36,040 bases of DNA from an uncultured Spirochaetaceae bacterium (lineage in GTDB: Bacteria > Spirochaetota > Spirochaetia > DSM-27196 > PWMO01): contig CAYFQV010000013.1 in the NCBI GenBank assembly GCA_964345195.1, positions 1-36,040 on the forward strand. Direction: 5' to 3'. Position 1 is the first letter of the stretch. Each line of letters begins with the position of its first letter. Shown here piece by piece: positions 16,908 to 26,555 of the stretch. A program made the translations under genes and the position numbers. The notes under the pieces were generated by a model that saw only the letters and a list, made by a program, of their open reading frames with translations, was not told the origin of the DNA and searched no databases.

Positions 16908-18241
16908 TTGGCTTCTCCTCCCTCCCCTTCACCCCACGCACGGTAGAGCAGGTTCACTGAACGGTCTACCAGTTGAAACCCCGCGACCGACGCAAAGCGC
17001 GTCCAGCGAATCGGCTCTCCGGAATAGCCGCCGCCCACGCGTGCGTATGGAGTGGGCAGATAGCCTTCCTGACCGTTGGCCAAACCGATAATCCCGCTAA
17101 TCGGGGCAGGACTTCGTCGTTTTATGTCGATGCCGTACTGGCTGTACAGCTCGAACGGCACAGCGCAGAACGCAAGATCTCCGATACGCAGCGCCTGAAG
17201 CGGGACACATTGAGATTTCTGCCCACCGAGTTGTTCCTGGAGACTCTTGATCCCGTAGGCAACAATAAAGTCCATTCCGGTCCGCTGCGAGACATGAGTC
17301 GCTTTCTCAAGCACCGAGTCGGCCCATTCGATCCGTTCGGGCTTCGGGAGTTCTATAGGAAGCTCAAGGTCCTCGCCGGCGACGCCAAGGGTGGCAGACT
17401 CATGGAACGGTACCTCAGTAAACAACCTCAGCGTCTCCCCAGAAACCTGGTGAGCAGTGCGCGACATGACAAGCTCCCTATCCGCGTTACCAAAGTGCTT
17501 TGTCAGCTGATCCTCTATGCTAATGTCGCCCTGGGCACCATTGAAATAGAGAACTACCGTAGACTGTCCAAGTGCCTCTCGGAGGAAGGTTCTCGCCATA
17601 CCGGGAAAGTCTGCAGAATAGAATGTTGATCCGTAAAATGTTGTGGGATGAGTAGTGTTGTTATAAAGTACGGCGAGAGGTTTATCCTCTAAGTCCACGG
17701 CGAACAGAACGACATGATCCGAATCATCAGGACCTTCAAGGCCCCGAAAATCCCTGCGCCTGGTGTCGCCATGCATAGTGTGTGATCCATCCTCCCAGCA
17801 ACAGCGGCGATTGTAGCCAATCCGCTGGCTACCCCGCCCCCAACCGAGGCGCGCGCGGCGAGTATTCGACGCAGCCTCGCGCCCGAGTCGCTCACAAAGC
17901 ACCTCAAGTCGGTCAAAGTACGCTGTGTCAACTGGTTTGTCAGGATGCGTTTGCATCGTCGAAGGCCCGGAGTGCATATGGGTCGCCGCAACGAGCACGT
18001 GGTTGGGATCGATCTCCGCACCGCGAGCTGCTGCTTGTCGCATACGCCAGGCCACTGCCATCTCCAATCCGACGAGGTCCAGACTGATTAGCAAAACCGT
18101 ACGCTCACCGTCATGGATGAGCATTGCGTTCGCCTCGCAGGGATCGCGAACATATTCGGCCTTCTTCGTATGTCCGGCCGCCTGAATGAAATTTCCTATC
18201 TCATGCGTGATATCTACAGAAGCAGCACCGACTCTAAGCAT
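16901..18241 (-). CDS. neutral/alkaline ceramidase N-terminal-domain-like zinc amidohydrolase (paralogue 1), cytoplasmic
   Basis: VAATHMHSGP (neutral ceramidases have THTHSGP) and NGAQGDIS (compare GDVSPN). Colinear with paralogue 28045..29364. SD GGGAG. 7-nt overlap ATGGTGA with the next gene. Confidence 0.6.
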   Translation of the reverse strand: MLRVGAASVDITHEIGNFIQAAGHTKKAEYVRDPCEANAMLIHDGERTVLLISLDLVGLEMAVAWRMRQAAARGAEIDPNHVLVAATHMHSGPSTMQTHPDKPVDTAYFDRLEVLCERLGREAASNTRRARLGWGRGSQRIGYNRRCCWEDGSHTMHGDTRRRDFRGLEGPDDSDHVVLFAVDLEDKPLAVLYNNTTHPTTFYGSTFYSADFPGMARTFLREALGQSTVVLYFNGAQGDISIEDQLTKHFGNADRELVMSRTAHQVSGETLRLFTEVPFHESATLGVAGEDLELPIELPKPERIEWADSVLEKATHVSQRTGMDFIVAYGIKSLQEQLGGQKSQCVPLQALRIGDLAFCAVPFELYSQYGIDIKRRSPAPISGIIGLANGQEGYLPTPYARVGGGYSGEPIRWTRFASVAGFQLVDRSVNLLYRAWGEGEGGEAKW

Positions 18242-18256
18242 ATTCGGCTCCCTGTT

Positions 18257-18766
18257 CTACTGTTTTCTCTTGCGCAAGAGACGTGCGGGAACACCGGCTA
18301 CCACAGAATATGGCTGCACATCGTGCGTGACCACCGCACCCGCTGCGACTATACTACCCGTACCAATGCGAACACCTCCAATGATGACCGCATTTGCCCC
18401 GATCCACACATTGTCTTCTATCACAATTTTCTCTTGTTGCGCCGGTCCGTCTACGAAGGCTACCTCAGGATCTTCGTGCGTGTGCCGAACCGCGGCGAAC
18501 ACCGTGTGGGCGGCCACAGCACACTTGTTGCCGACTTCGAGTGGACCATAAAGAACACAGAACGGAGCGAAGTGTGTCATGCTTCCAATCGTTATACCGG
18601 GACCCACCTGAATGTGTACACCGACATTGAACAAGGTGTTGTCGCCGATCGACAGGCGCTCGGGATCGAGTATCGTGACTCCTGTAGCGAACTCAACATT
18701 ATCACCGATATGCTTTAGCCGATCGACACAATCCGGATACGTCACGATCCTGTTGGCAACTCCCAT
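18257..18766 (-). CDS. hexapeptide-repeat (left-handed beta-helix) acyl/acetyltransferase
   Basis: Repeated [LIV]-G-x4 hexapeptides and the C-terminal motif VWIGANAVIIGGVRIGTGSIVAAGAVVTHDVQPYSVVAGVPARLL, typical of maltose/galactoside O-acetyltransferase-like enzymes. Confidence 0.85.
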   Translation of the reverse strand: MGVANRIVTYPDCVDRLKHIGDNVEFATGVTILDPERLSIGDNTLFNVGVHIQVGPGITIGSMTHFAPFCVLYGPLEVGNKCAVAAHTVFAAVRHTHEDPEVAFVDGPAQQEKIVIEDNVWIGANAVIIGGVRIGTGSIVAAGAVVTHDVQPYSVVAGVPARLLRKRKQ

Positions 18767-19145
18767 CGCTTACTCCCTGCACGATCATCGCGCTCTTCCA
18801 CATACAACGTGGTTTCGCCATTACTCTTTGAGGTTCCGGCTTACTGACCGGATTTTTCGCTTCTCGACCTCTAATCCCACAACCATCGTACGAACTATTG
18901 GCACCTTAGCCATGAAGACCGCCGGCCACCAACTCACGGCCCGAATCCCAAAACCAATTTCAAGGGTATTAAGCGAGTTGTGCGGATGGGCCCAGGATGG
19001 GAGGCCCATTCCATCCAAAGCTCAGCCTCATCAAAACCGACTTGGCTTTTCAGCAAACACTCTTATTCGTGCCGGCTTGATTTCATGCCTGGTTGCTTAG
19101 AAACCCATTTGCTCGTCTTACTTGGTGTGGTGAAACGCACAAATT

Positions 19146-19183
19146 AAAAAAACGATCCGCACAACCAACAGCGGTTGTGCGGA
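19146..19183 (-). terminator. Rho-independent terminator of the ABC importer operon
   Basis: On the minus strand: TCCGCACAACC-gctgtt-GGTTGTGCGGA (11-bp stem), then 'tcg', then a run of 7 T. It begins 60 nt downstream of the binding-protein stop. Confidence 0.8.
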
Positions 19184-19242
19184 CCATTGATTTTCGGGCG
19201 TCGCTCCAGTCGGCGAGCGCCTGTTGCATTTAGATCCTATTC

Positions 19243-20775
19243 CTACTCTTCTCCAACCCACATTGCGTACTGATTGAGACCATCTATGTACTCTTCGTAG
19301 CCGGCATCCATCACTTCCTGCACAAAATCGTCCCATTCATCGTCAATGCTTCGTTCACCAGTGACAAACTCGATATACCATGTATCCCTGATCTCGCTAA
19401 TCCGCGTCTCGATGTTTTGATACATGTCGTTCATGTCGTCCGGCGGCAGAAAGATTAAGTTATTGGGTACACCATCTTCAGCTACAGTCTCCATTGCCTG
19501 AAGGACCGGTTCGGGGGCAAATGCATCATTACGATATACCGGACTTTCGCCCAGGTGTTTCATCTCAGAAACATGGTTGGAGCCAATGTCCCTATCATAC
19601 GCCGCCTCGATTATCTGTCGCTCGCCGTTCTCCATTGTGTAATGGACACCTTCGATTCCCCAGTATACGGTCTCGCGACCTTCCTCGGAATGAAGATAGT
19701 CGATCATCGATAGAATACGTACTCGCTCTTGCTGAGTCGTGTCTGCGGAGATCGCGATGCTCTTCAGAAAGCCATGATTCCTTGGCCGGAAGCGACCAGC
19801 GGGGCCTTCAAGGGTATTGAGATAGGCGCTATCTATATTACTTTCCTCCTCCGCCGTTTCTATCAGCCTCCCATAGTGGTTGGCGTTGCCGGTAATCCAT
19901 GAACCAAACGTTCGGCCTTGGATGTAACGAGAATAGACATCTGCTCGATTGGCAATGCCGAACTCAGGATCAATAATTCCATCTTCGTAGAGACCATTCA
20001 AATACCTTAACGATTCCCGATATCCGGGAACAAAGGGGGTGTACTCGTACTCCCCGTTATGACGCGTCCAGTCACCGTTATGAGGGCCAAAGAATCCCAT
20101 GGTGAAATGCCGAAGCTGGACAGGATTCCAACCCGAAAATCCGGTTGTAATGTCAGGGTCGTTTTCAATAATGGCCTGCGCTACGTCACGGAATTCGTCG
20201 TAGGTCTCGGGCATCTCGTACCCATACTCGTCCAAGAGGTCTTGTCGTACCACGACATGACCCGCCACATAACCGAAAAACAACGGCACAACCGGAAGGC
20301 TTCCACCGTCTCCAAACAGCTTATAAGCCGCCGGATGAGCAGCCAGATGTGCTTCGAGGTTCGGAAATTCACCAGGGTACATTTCCAGCAGCTCTGCGAT
20401 ATCGACGATCAACCCATCATTGATCCAGGTATTCAAAACGGCGTTACGATTCGAATCGAGGAAATAAAACACATCAGGAATGTCACCGGAGGCAAAACTC
20501 AGGTTCATTGCCTGCATATAATCTCCCCACGGGGTGTTCTTGAAGCTTAAATCAACGTTGAATTTATCTTCATAGAACGCCTGCACCTGATCGTTGTCCG
20601 GAGGAACATTGCCACCCGGAACGGAATACTCGAGCGTTACTTGTGCCGACGTGTCACTCCCCGAGCCAGGTGACACCTCTTCTTCCTGACTACCCGCAGC
20701 GAACGCAGCTATTGTGAAGCCCGACAATAGCAACGCCACTCCCAAGACCTTATACCGCCGCAAACAAACTAACAT
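19243..20775 (-). CDS. extracellular solute-binding protein of a carbohydrate ABC importer (large LplA/YtcQ-like family 1 SBP)
   Basis: Signal peptide with an AFA/AGS cleavage-type site and a Ser/Glu-rich linker, then an SBP-like body. AGGAGGG lies 5 nt upstream of ATG 20775 (Met14 of the track ORF). Confidence 0.85.
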   Translation of the reverse strand: MLVCLRRYKVLGVALLLSGFTIAAFAAGSQEEEVSPGSGSDTSAQVTLEYSVPGGNVPPDNDQVQAFYEDKFNVDLSFKNTPWGDYMQAMNLSFASGDIPDVFYFLDSNRNAVLNTWINDGLIVDIAELLEMYPGEFPNLEAHLAAHPAAYKLFGDGGSLPVVPLFFGYVAGHVVVRQDLLDEYGYEMPETYDEFRDVAQAIIENDPDITTGFSGWNPVQLRHFTMGFFGPHNGDWTRHNGEYEYTPFVPGYRESLRYLNGLYEDGIIDPEFGIANRADVYSRYIQGRTFGSWITGNANHYGRLIETAEEESNIDSAYLNTLEGPAGRFRPRNHGFLKSIAISADTTQQERVRILSMIDYLHSEEGRETVYWGIEGVHYTMENGERQIIEAAYDRDIGSNHVSEMKHLGESPVYRNDAFAPEPVLQAMETVAEDGVPNNLIFLPPDDMNDMYQNIETRISEIRDTWYIEFVTGERSIDDEWDDFVQEVMDAGYEEYIDGLNQYAMWVGEE

Positions 20776-20824
20776 ACAGACCCTCCTATTATTTGGTCGA
20801 TGCTGAAATCGCACTAGCTACGAT

Positions 20825-21679
20825 TCAGCCCTTTATTGCTCCCAACATTATTCCCTTCACGAAGTACTTCTGCAGAAATGGATACACGAGTAGTATCGGC
20901 ACCGTTGTAATCATCACATTCGCGAGTTTCGTAATCTCAGTCGGGATATAATCCGCCGTGAGTTGCGCGTCTTGCAGTTCTATGTCTCTGATAATTCTGT
21001 ACAAGTACTCTTGGAGGAGTTTCTTGTCAGCGTCGTTAACAAAAAAGAGGGAAGGGAACAGAGTGTTCCAATACTTCACTGCCAAAAAAAGACCTATGGC
21101 GGCTAGTACCGGTTTTGAAAGAGGGATGACGAGCCTGAAAAAGATCCCATACTCGGACAAGCCATCGATTCGCGCCGAGTCCAGGATACCCTCCTCGAAA
21201 TCACGAAACCACGACCGAAAAATGATCATGAAAAAGACAACTACTAACTGGGGAATAATGTACACTCCATAAGAGTTAAGAAGCCCCACTGATCTAAACA
21301 TGATGTAAGTAGGAATCAAGCCGGTCTCGAGGAACATACTGATGACTAAGAGAGTCATCATGATCTTGACGCCTCTCATTCGTCGCGACAGTCCATAAGC
21401 TGTACAGGAGGTTGCGAGAAGACTCAAGACTGTTCCAACGGCAGTGATGATCGTTGTGTTGATGAACGGGCGAAAGATTGTGCCTTTGGAAAACACTTCC
21501 TGGTAAGCCGAGAGTGTCGGCTCAGACGGATACACCAACACGGCGGTCTTCATATAGTCCCCGTAAGTCATAAGCGAACCCACCAGCGTATACCAGAACG
21601 GATAAGCCATGAGGATACAAAGAACGACGAAAAAGCTGCGATTGAAGACCGTGAATAGATCGAGTTTCTTGCTCCTCAT
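20825..21679 (-). CDS. carbohydrate ABC transporter permease (LplC-like)
   Basis: Six-TM protein with an EAA-like loop DSARIDGLSEYGIFFRLVIPLSKP. Its ATG directly abuts the upstream TAA. Confidence 0.9.
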   Translation of the reverse strand: MRSKKLDLFTVFNRSFFVVLCILMAYPFWYTLVGSLMTYGDYMKTAVLVYPSEPTLSAYQEVFSKGTIFRPFINTTIITAVGTVLSLLATSCTAYGLSRRMRGVKIMMTLLVISMFLETGLIPTYIMFRSVGLLNSYGVYIIPQLVVVFFMIIFRSWFRDFEEGILDSARIDGLSEYGIFFRLVIPLSKPVLAAIGLFLAVKYWNTLFPSLFFVNDADKKLLQEYLYRIIRDIELQDAQLTADYIPTEITKLANVMITTVPILLVYPFLQKYFVKGIMLGAIKG

Positions 21680-22603
21680 TTAAATCACCCCCCGCTGCCC
21701 CAATCGTTTTGCGAGGAAGTCGGCGCCGAAGACCAACGCCATGGCCACAAGAGCGTCAAACATCCCAGCTGCTGTAGCGTAACTGTAGCGAGCTTCAAGA
21801 AGGCCGGTTCTGTATACATATGTTCGCAAGATGTCGCCGACCTCATACACGCGCTGATTGTACAGTACGAGCACTTGCTCAAATCCAAAGCGCATCATGT
21901 TGCCAATTCTGAGTATCAAGAGAATTACGATCACGTTGAGAATCGATGGTATCGTAATGTAAACAATTTTCTGTAGGCGGTTGGCACCATCAATGATCGC
22001 AGCTTCGTATAACTGTGGGTCGATGTTGCTCATACTCGCAAGATAAATAATGGTACCCCAGCCCGCCGTTTTCCATATACTGGAAACAACCAGAATGCCT
22101 CGAAACAACGACTTGTCTGCCAGAAACACGTGGGGCTCTCCACCAAACCGCACAATGATCTGGTTCAAGATTCCCCCGTTCACTGAGAGAAGATTAAAGA
22201 TGATTCCGCCGAGCACCACCCATGAAATGAAATGAGGTAGGTAGATGATCGTTTGGACTGTTCGCTTAAAGGACTGTTTGCGTATTTCATTTAGCAAAAT
22301 GGCAAGGATAATAGGTACAGGGAAGCCGAAGAGCACCTTGTATGACGAGATCACAATCGTGTTCCAGAATGCCTGCCAAAATTGCGGCGTTGAAAACAGT
22401 TGCTCGAAGTATGTCAAACCTACCCACGGAGCCTCGCTCAGTGCGCGAGTAACGCGGTAACCACGAAACGCCACCTGAAGGAAGTACAGAGGGTAGTAAT
22501 TCAGGAACACCACAAGAATTACGCCGGGAAGCGCAAAGACGTAGAATGCGCGGTTTTTTTTGATATGCTGCGACAGCGTCTCGCTGCCTTTAAGCTGATT
22601 CAT
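21680..22603 (-). CDS. carbohydrate ABC transporter permease (LplB-like)
   Basis: Multi-TM protein with EAA loop YEAAIIDGANRLQKIVYITIPS. ATG 22603 preferred over GTG 22612 because of its spacing from the GGGGG SD. Confidence 0.9.
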   Translation of the reverse strand: MNQLKGSETLSQHIKKNRAFYVFALPGVILVVFLNYYPLYFLQVAFRGYRVTRALSEAPWVGLTYFEQLFSTPQFWQAFWNTIVISSYKVLFGFPVPIILAILLNEIRKQSFKRTVQTIIYLPHFISWVVLGGIIFNLLSVNGGILNQIIVRFGGEPHVFLADKSLFRGILVVSSIWKTAGWGTIIYLASMSNIDPQLYEAAIIDGANRLQKIVYITIPSILNVIVILLILRIGNMMRFGFEQVLVLYNQRVYEVGDILRTYVYRTGLLEARYSYATAAGMFDALVAMALVFGADFLAKRLGQRGVI

Positions 22604-23130
22604 CTGGGACACCCCCTACAATGCAGATAACAGGAATCCAATACCTTTGCTTGGTCGAAGGAGGAGTGAATACACCATCGGGGGACAGGTGACTGATAGC
22701 CGCCTAAAAAATGAACCCTGTATCGAATACTAGAAAACAGCATTTTAGCTTTGAACAACCTCTTTTGCGAACAATAGATCTTCGCTTTACGAACTTGCAA
22801 GAGTAATACTTTGCTATTTTGGGTGTTCCGTTGCTTCGTAGTTGCAGTTAAATGAACCCGGAAACTATGGCCAAACGAAGCGGCGTCGAACTTGGGAACA
22901 GACGGTCTTATCCACATTAGCAAGCGAAAGATGCTGGCAATATAGTTTCCTCTCTCCTCTCGAGCGCTGGAATCCCAACTCTGCGGCCGGAACGCTTCAC
23001 TAGGACTTGGGGAGCGGCAATAATCAAGGAAAATGAGCCGCTGACAAAGCGATCAATCAGTTATGACCCGATCGGAGATGAGATATTCGTCTTCAGACCT
23101 TTGCGTCTCCCAGGCAACGATTGATTGGTT

Positions 23131-23158
23131 TTCAATGCGCTTTCGAAAACGATATAAT
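23131..23158 (+). promoter_or_regulatory. sigma70-like promoter TTCAAT-16 nt-TATAAT, 8 nt upstream of the ATG (possible leaderless mRNA)
   Basis: -35 at 23131-23136 and a perfect -10 TATAAT at 23153-23158. ATG at 23167 with no SD between. The spacer contains the palindrome TTTCGAAA. Confidence 0.4.
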
Positions 23159-23166
23159 CCTGATTC

Positions 23167-25368
23167 ATGCTACAAACTACACCTGGCCGTTATCATGGTT
23201 TCGCAACTACCTCGCTAGGTTCTGAGGTGCAAGCCGGCTCCATCTGCACTTTCAGTGTCGTCTACAATGTCGGTGATTACGGAATCGACGATTCGGGAAG
23301 CATCAAGCTATGTTGGAGATTCGCCTCCGACATCGGTACTCCCCAATTTGGTGACCCAGACGCGCCGAACTTTCTTGCGATCTCAACCACCGCAGATTGT
23401 GAGCTCGAACCTCGTTTCGACATTAAGGGAAACACGCGACCCTGGGGCCGAACCGTGTATGTAAAGACCCAGAAAGGCTTCCTGTCACCTGGTGATACCG
23501 TTCGGTTTGAGTTCCGCAATCTTCGTATGCAAACTTTCGTAGAGCGAGACTTTCGGTTTCGCTTGTACGTCGACGACGTTGCGACCTACGTTTACAATGA
23601 AGTCGCGGTAGCTCCCGCGGCGGACATTGTACCCGGGCCGGCGCAACGCATGCGGCTTTATCTTCCATCTGTTGCCCAACCTGGAGACGCGGTAGAGCTC
23701 CGAATCGTTGCAGAAGACCGCTGGGCCAATCCCACCACGTTTAACCGCAGAATCCGTCTCCGCAGCCAAGGGGCGCTTACCGGGCTCCCCCAGGTGATAG
23801 ACCCTGTTGAACTATTGAGTTCATCCACGTCCGGTAGTTCGAGGCCGACTCCCCTCCGAGTAGACGAACTACGGGTCACGGAGGCAGGCGTCGTGAGGGT
23901 TTGGGCGACTTGGGATGCGGGCGATTCATCTGTCGAGTTTGAGTCTAATCCGCTCGTCTCCGTTTCCGAGGGGCAGGAGAAAAAGGTGTGGGCGGATATG
24001 CATGGTCAGTCCGGTGAGACCATTGGAACAGGATCGATAGAGGAGTATTTCCGCTTTGCTCGAGATCTCGCCTGTGTAGACGTCGCCGGCCACCAAGGCA
24101 ACGACTTCCAGATTACTCGGGACTTCTGGGCGAAACTTCAGGGTGTTACCGCCACATTCAACGAAGAGGAACGCTTCATCACATTTCCAGGATACGAGTG
24201 GTCGGGTAATACTGCAGTTGGCGGTGATCGAAACATCTATTTTCGCACGGAAGGGAATCACATCCGCCGGAGTTCTCACGCCTTGTGTCCCGACGTCTTG
24301 GATGCCGGTGACGACTGCACGAATGTCGGCGATCTTTTTGAAGAGCTTTCGGCGGAGGATTGTCTCGTCGTGCCGCACGTTGGAGGAAGATACGCAGACG
24401 TCCATCAGCACGCCCCGGAGCTCGAACGCTCTGTCGAGGTGCACTCTGCATGGGGGACTTTCGAGTGGATACTTCACGATGCCATCCGGGACGGACACAT
24501 CGTTGGAATTGTTGCGATGAGTGACGGCCATAAGGGTCGCCCAGGCGCGAGTCACCCTGGCCGTGGCAAGTTCGGTTCGTACGGTGGTTTGACATGCCTT
24601 TCCGTCGACGCACTCACTCGTGATGAGGTTTGGAACGCATTTCGGAATCGACATCACTACGCCACGACTGGAGCACGCACGGTGCTCTTTCTGGACGGAA
24701 CTGAGCTCAAGTCAGGCTACAGCCTTCGCATGGGTGACTACCTTCAGCTTGCAGCCGCGGATAAACTGCGTCTTTCTGCTCGCTACGTGGGAACCGGCCC
24801 TGTCTTGGCAGTCGACGTGTTCAACGGGCTTGACTTGGTTGAGCATCGACGTATCCCTGGTCATGGCGACCGGATCCTGGTGTCATGGTCGGGATCTCTT
24901 CGACGTGGTCGAGGCCGCCAGATTAACTGGTCAGGATCCTGCGAAGTTGAGGATGGTGAGATTTCTGACATTAAAGCCATTAACTTTCACAATCCTGAGA
25001 GTCCCCTTCGCCAAGATTCGCCGAGCCGCCTCTCTTGGAATTCCTTCACTACCGGTGGATGGAGTGGTTTTGTTGGGCGACTTTCCAACCCACTCTCGGG
25101 CAAGCTGCAAATTCGAACTGACCGGCTCGACTACACCATTGATCTTGAGTCGATAGATAAGGAAGAGATAGCAATACCCGCAGGCGGTGTTGATGCCCAA
25201 CTTCGAGTCATGAGACTACCATCAAAAAACGAATCGAAAGAAATTGATTTCGAGGCTGAATATGAACTCTACGACACGAACGCCATATACTTACGGATCA
25301 CTCAGGAAGACGGCACTATAACCTGGTCGAGCCCGATGTACATAGACCGGAAACAAAACCGTTCTTAA
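23167..25368 (+). CDS. large cytoplasmic hypothetical protein; the central region resembles DUF3604/PHP-type metal-dependent hydrolases (tentative)
   Basis: 733-aa ORF. Central motifs WADMHGQSGE, FPGYEWSGNTAVGGDRNIYF, VPHVGGR and SDGHKGRPG suggest a PHP/DUF3604-like metal site. The first ~270 aa look like a beta-sandwich. The family assignment is from memory only. Confidence 0.5.
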   Translation: MLQTTPGRYHGFATTSLGSEVQAGSICTFSVVYNVGDYGIDDSGSIKLCWRFASDIGTPQFGDPDAPNFLAISTTADCELEPRFDIKGNTRPWGRTVYVKTQKGFLSPGDTVRFEFRNLRMQTFVERDFRFRLYVDDVATYVYNEVAVAPAADIVPGPAQRMRLYLPSVAQPGDAVELRIVAEDRWANPTTFNRRIRLRSQGALTGLPQVIDPVELLSSSTSGSSRPTPLRVDELRVTEAGVVRVWATWDAGDSSVEFESNPLVSVSEGQEKKVWADMHGQSGETIGTGSIEEYFRFARDLACVDVAGHQGNDFQITRDFWAKLQGVTATFNEEERFITFPGYEWSGNTAVGGDRNIYFRTEGNHIRRSSHALCPDVLDAGDDCTNVGDLFEELSAEDCLVVPHVGGRYADVHQHAPELERSVEVHSAWGTFEWILHDAIRDGHIVGIVAMSDGHKGRPGASHPGRGKFGSYGGLTCLSVDALTRDEVWNAFRNRHHYATTGARTVLFLDGTELKSGYSLRMGDYLQLAAADKLRLSARYVGTGPVLAVDVFNGLDLVEHRRIPGHGDRILVSWSGSLRRGRGRQINWSGSCEVEDGEISDIKAINFHNPESPLRQDSPSRLSWNSFTTGGWSGFVGRLSNPLSGKLQIRTDRLDYTIDLESIDKEEIAIPAGGVDAQLRVMRLPSKNESKEIDFEAEYELYDTNAIYLRITQEDGTITWSSPMYIDRKQNRS

Positions 25369-25484
25369 ACTACCGACAAATCGCTCGCTATTCCCGGCGA
25401 GAGGCCCACGATTCCGTTGCCGGCGAGATCAGCATAAATGCCGTTTATAGGAAAATTCGCCGGCCGTTCAGATTCCTTGAGTGC

Positions 25485-26555
25485 TTACTGCCCGAAAGCT
25501 TGGATTGCTTCACGGTCTTCAAGGACACCGATTTCGAGCTCAATCTGCCTACGGCCGAATGCGGATAATACGTCAACCATATTTCGTGCGGCCGCGTTCT
25601 CGTAACCTATCGGTAATGTCGTAGCAGGTTCCATTCCCATGGCATAGTCCTGCGCTGCCGGACATAGCCAGGAGGTGAAATACGGTAGGTGGAGCTTCCG
25701 GTACTTCACGTACAACCCGAGTTCACGCTCCGGATTGATGATCGCGGCCGAAACCGTACCGTCCGACTGCTCAACTAATTCATGGAAGTAGCACCGCTCA
25801 GACGCACCGGGCACTGGGTCCGCGAGCATTAGCTCTGACATGGCTACCTTCGACTCAGGCTCCTCACGAGAGATGATGGACGACGACCGTGTCACCAATT
25901 GCGCCCCATTATTCACCAGAGGGTAACCTCCGTTGATATGATAAAGCAACATGAACGGAGTATCTGTCGGTGAGTCGTTCTCAACGACGTCAATGATGGT
26001 AAAGGAGTTTACCCCGGCCACTGCTCCGATCTCTCGTCGCAAAGTGAGACTCTCGCCGAACGCCATCGACTCGCGCATAAGCCCGGAAACGCTAATCTGG
26101 TAGACCCCGTTAGACCATCCAGTCCGAACGCCCATCTGCTCGGCGGTAATATTCGAGATTCTCCCATGCAACCCCTGATCTTGCCACCCGAGTGGATCGC
26201 CGCGATTCACCGACGATGGCGGCCCAACATTCGAAAGACCGCACGTGGTGAGGAGTCCTCCGAAGAACCCGCGCAACCAGCCAATTCCTCGTGATTCGTA
26301 GCGCGACGCGGCGATAACGCCGCTCTTGGAGAGATAACTCAGGGGAACACCGCGAAACGATAGGCGAGAAATGTCCATGCCCCGCCCCGGTAGCACCGTG
26401 AACTCGAGACCGCTGCCTGTCCGGACGTCCACTGCACTCGTCCCGGCAGCTTGCCCCTCTTCCATTGTATATCGAACCGCACCGGCGAGAGCAGACATAT
26501 TTCCGACACGAGATCGCAGATACCGCTCGTTCTCAGGGAAGACAAACTCCTTCAC
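25485..26555 (-). CDS. DUF4432 / aldose 1-epimerase (mutarotase)-like protein
   Basis: Galactose-mutarotase-like beta-rich sequence (LPGRGMDISRLSFRGVPLSY...GLHGRISN). Proposed GTG start at 26555, with GGGGGA 6 nt upstream and a GTGA overlap with the kinase stop. The alternative GTG 26579 gives a 28-nt overlap. Confidence 0.6.
   Translation of the reverse strand: MKEFVFPENERYLRSRVGNMSALAGAVRYTMEEGQAAGTSAVDVRTGSGLEFTVLPGRGMDISRLSFRGVPLSYLSKSGVIAASRYESRGIGWLRGFFGGLLTTCGLSNVGPPSSVNRGDPLGWQDQGLHGRISNITAEQMGVRTGWSNGVYQISVSGLMRESMAFGESLTLRREIGAVAGVNSFTIIDVVENDSPTDTPFMLLYHINGGYPLVNNGAQLVTRSSSIISREEPESKVAMSELMLADPVPGASERCYFHELVEQSDGTVSAAIINPERELGLYVKYRKLHLPYFTSWLCPAAQDYAMGMEPATTLPIGYENAAARNMVDVLSAFGRRQIELEIGVLEDREAIQAFGQ

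Noticed and set aside
15903-18718. + strand ORFs of 193, 218 and 201 aa (15903..16484, 16973..17629, 18113..18718)
   Set aside because: Each is antisense to a better-supported minus-strand gene that has an SD site and family motifs. Their compositions are Arg-rich and not protein-like.
22600-22923. 107-aa minus-strand ORF in the ABC / DUF3604-like intergenic region
   Set aside because: It overlaps the permease start. It is a low-complexity, basic peptide in an AT-rich promoter region with no start signals.
23926-24657. 243-aa minus-strand ORF and other ORFs nested in 23167..25368
   Set aside because: They are antisense or out of frame to the 733-aa ORF, which is much longer and has conserved-looking metal-site motifs. 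No start signals are present.
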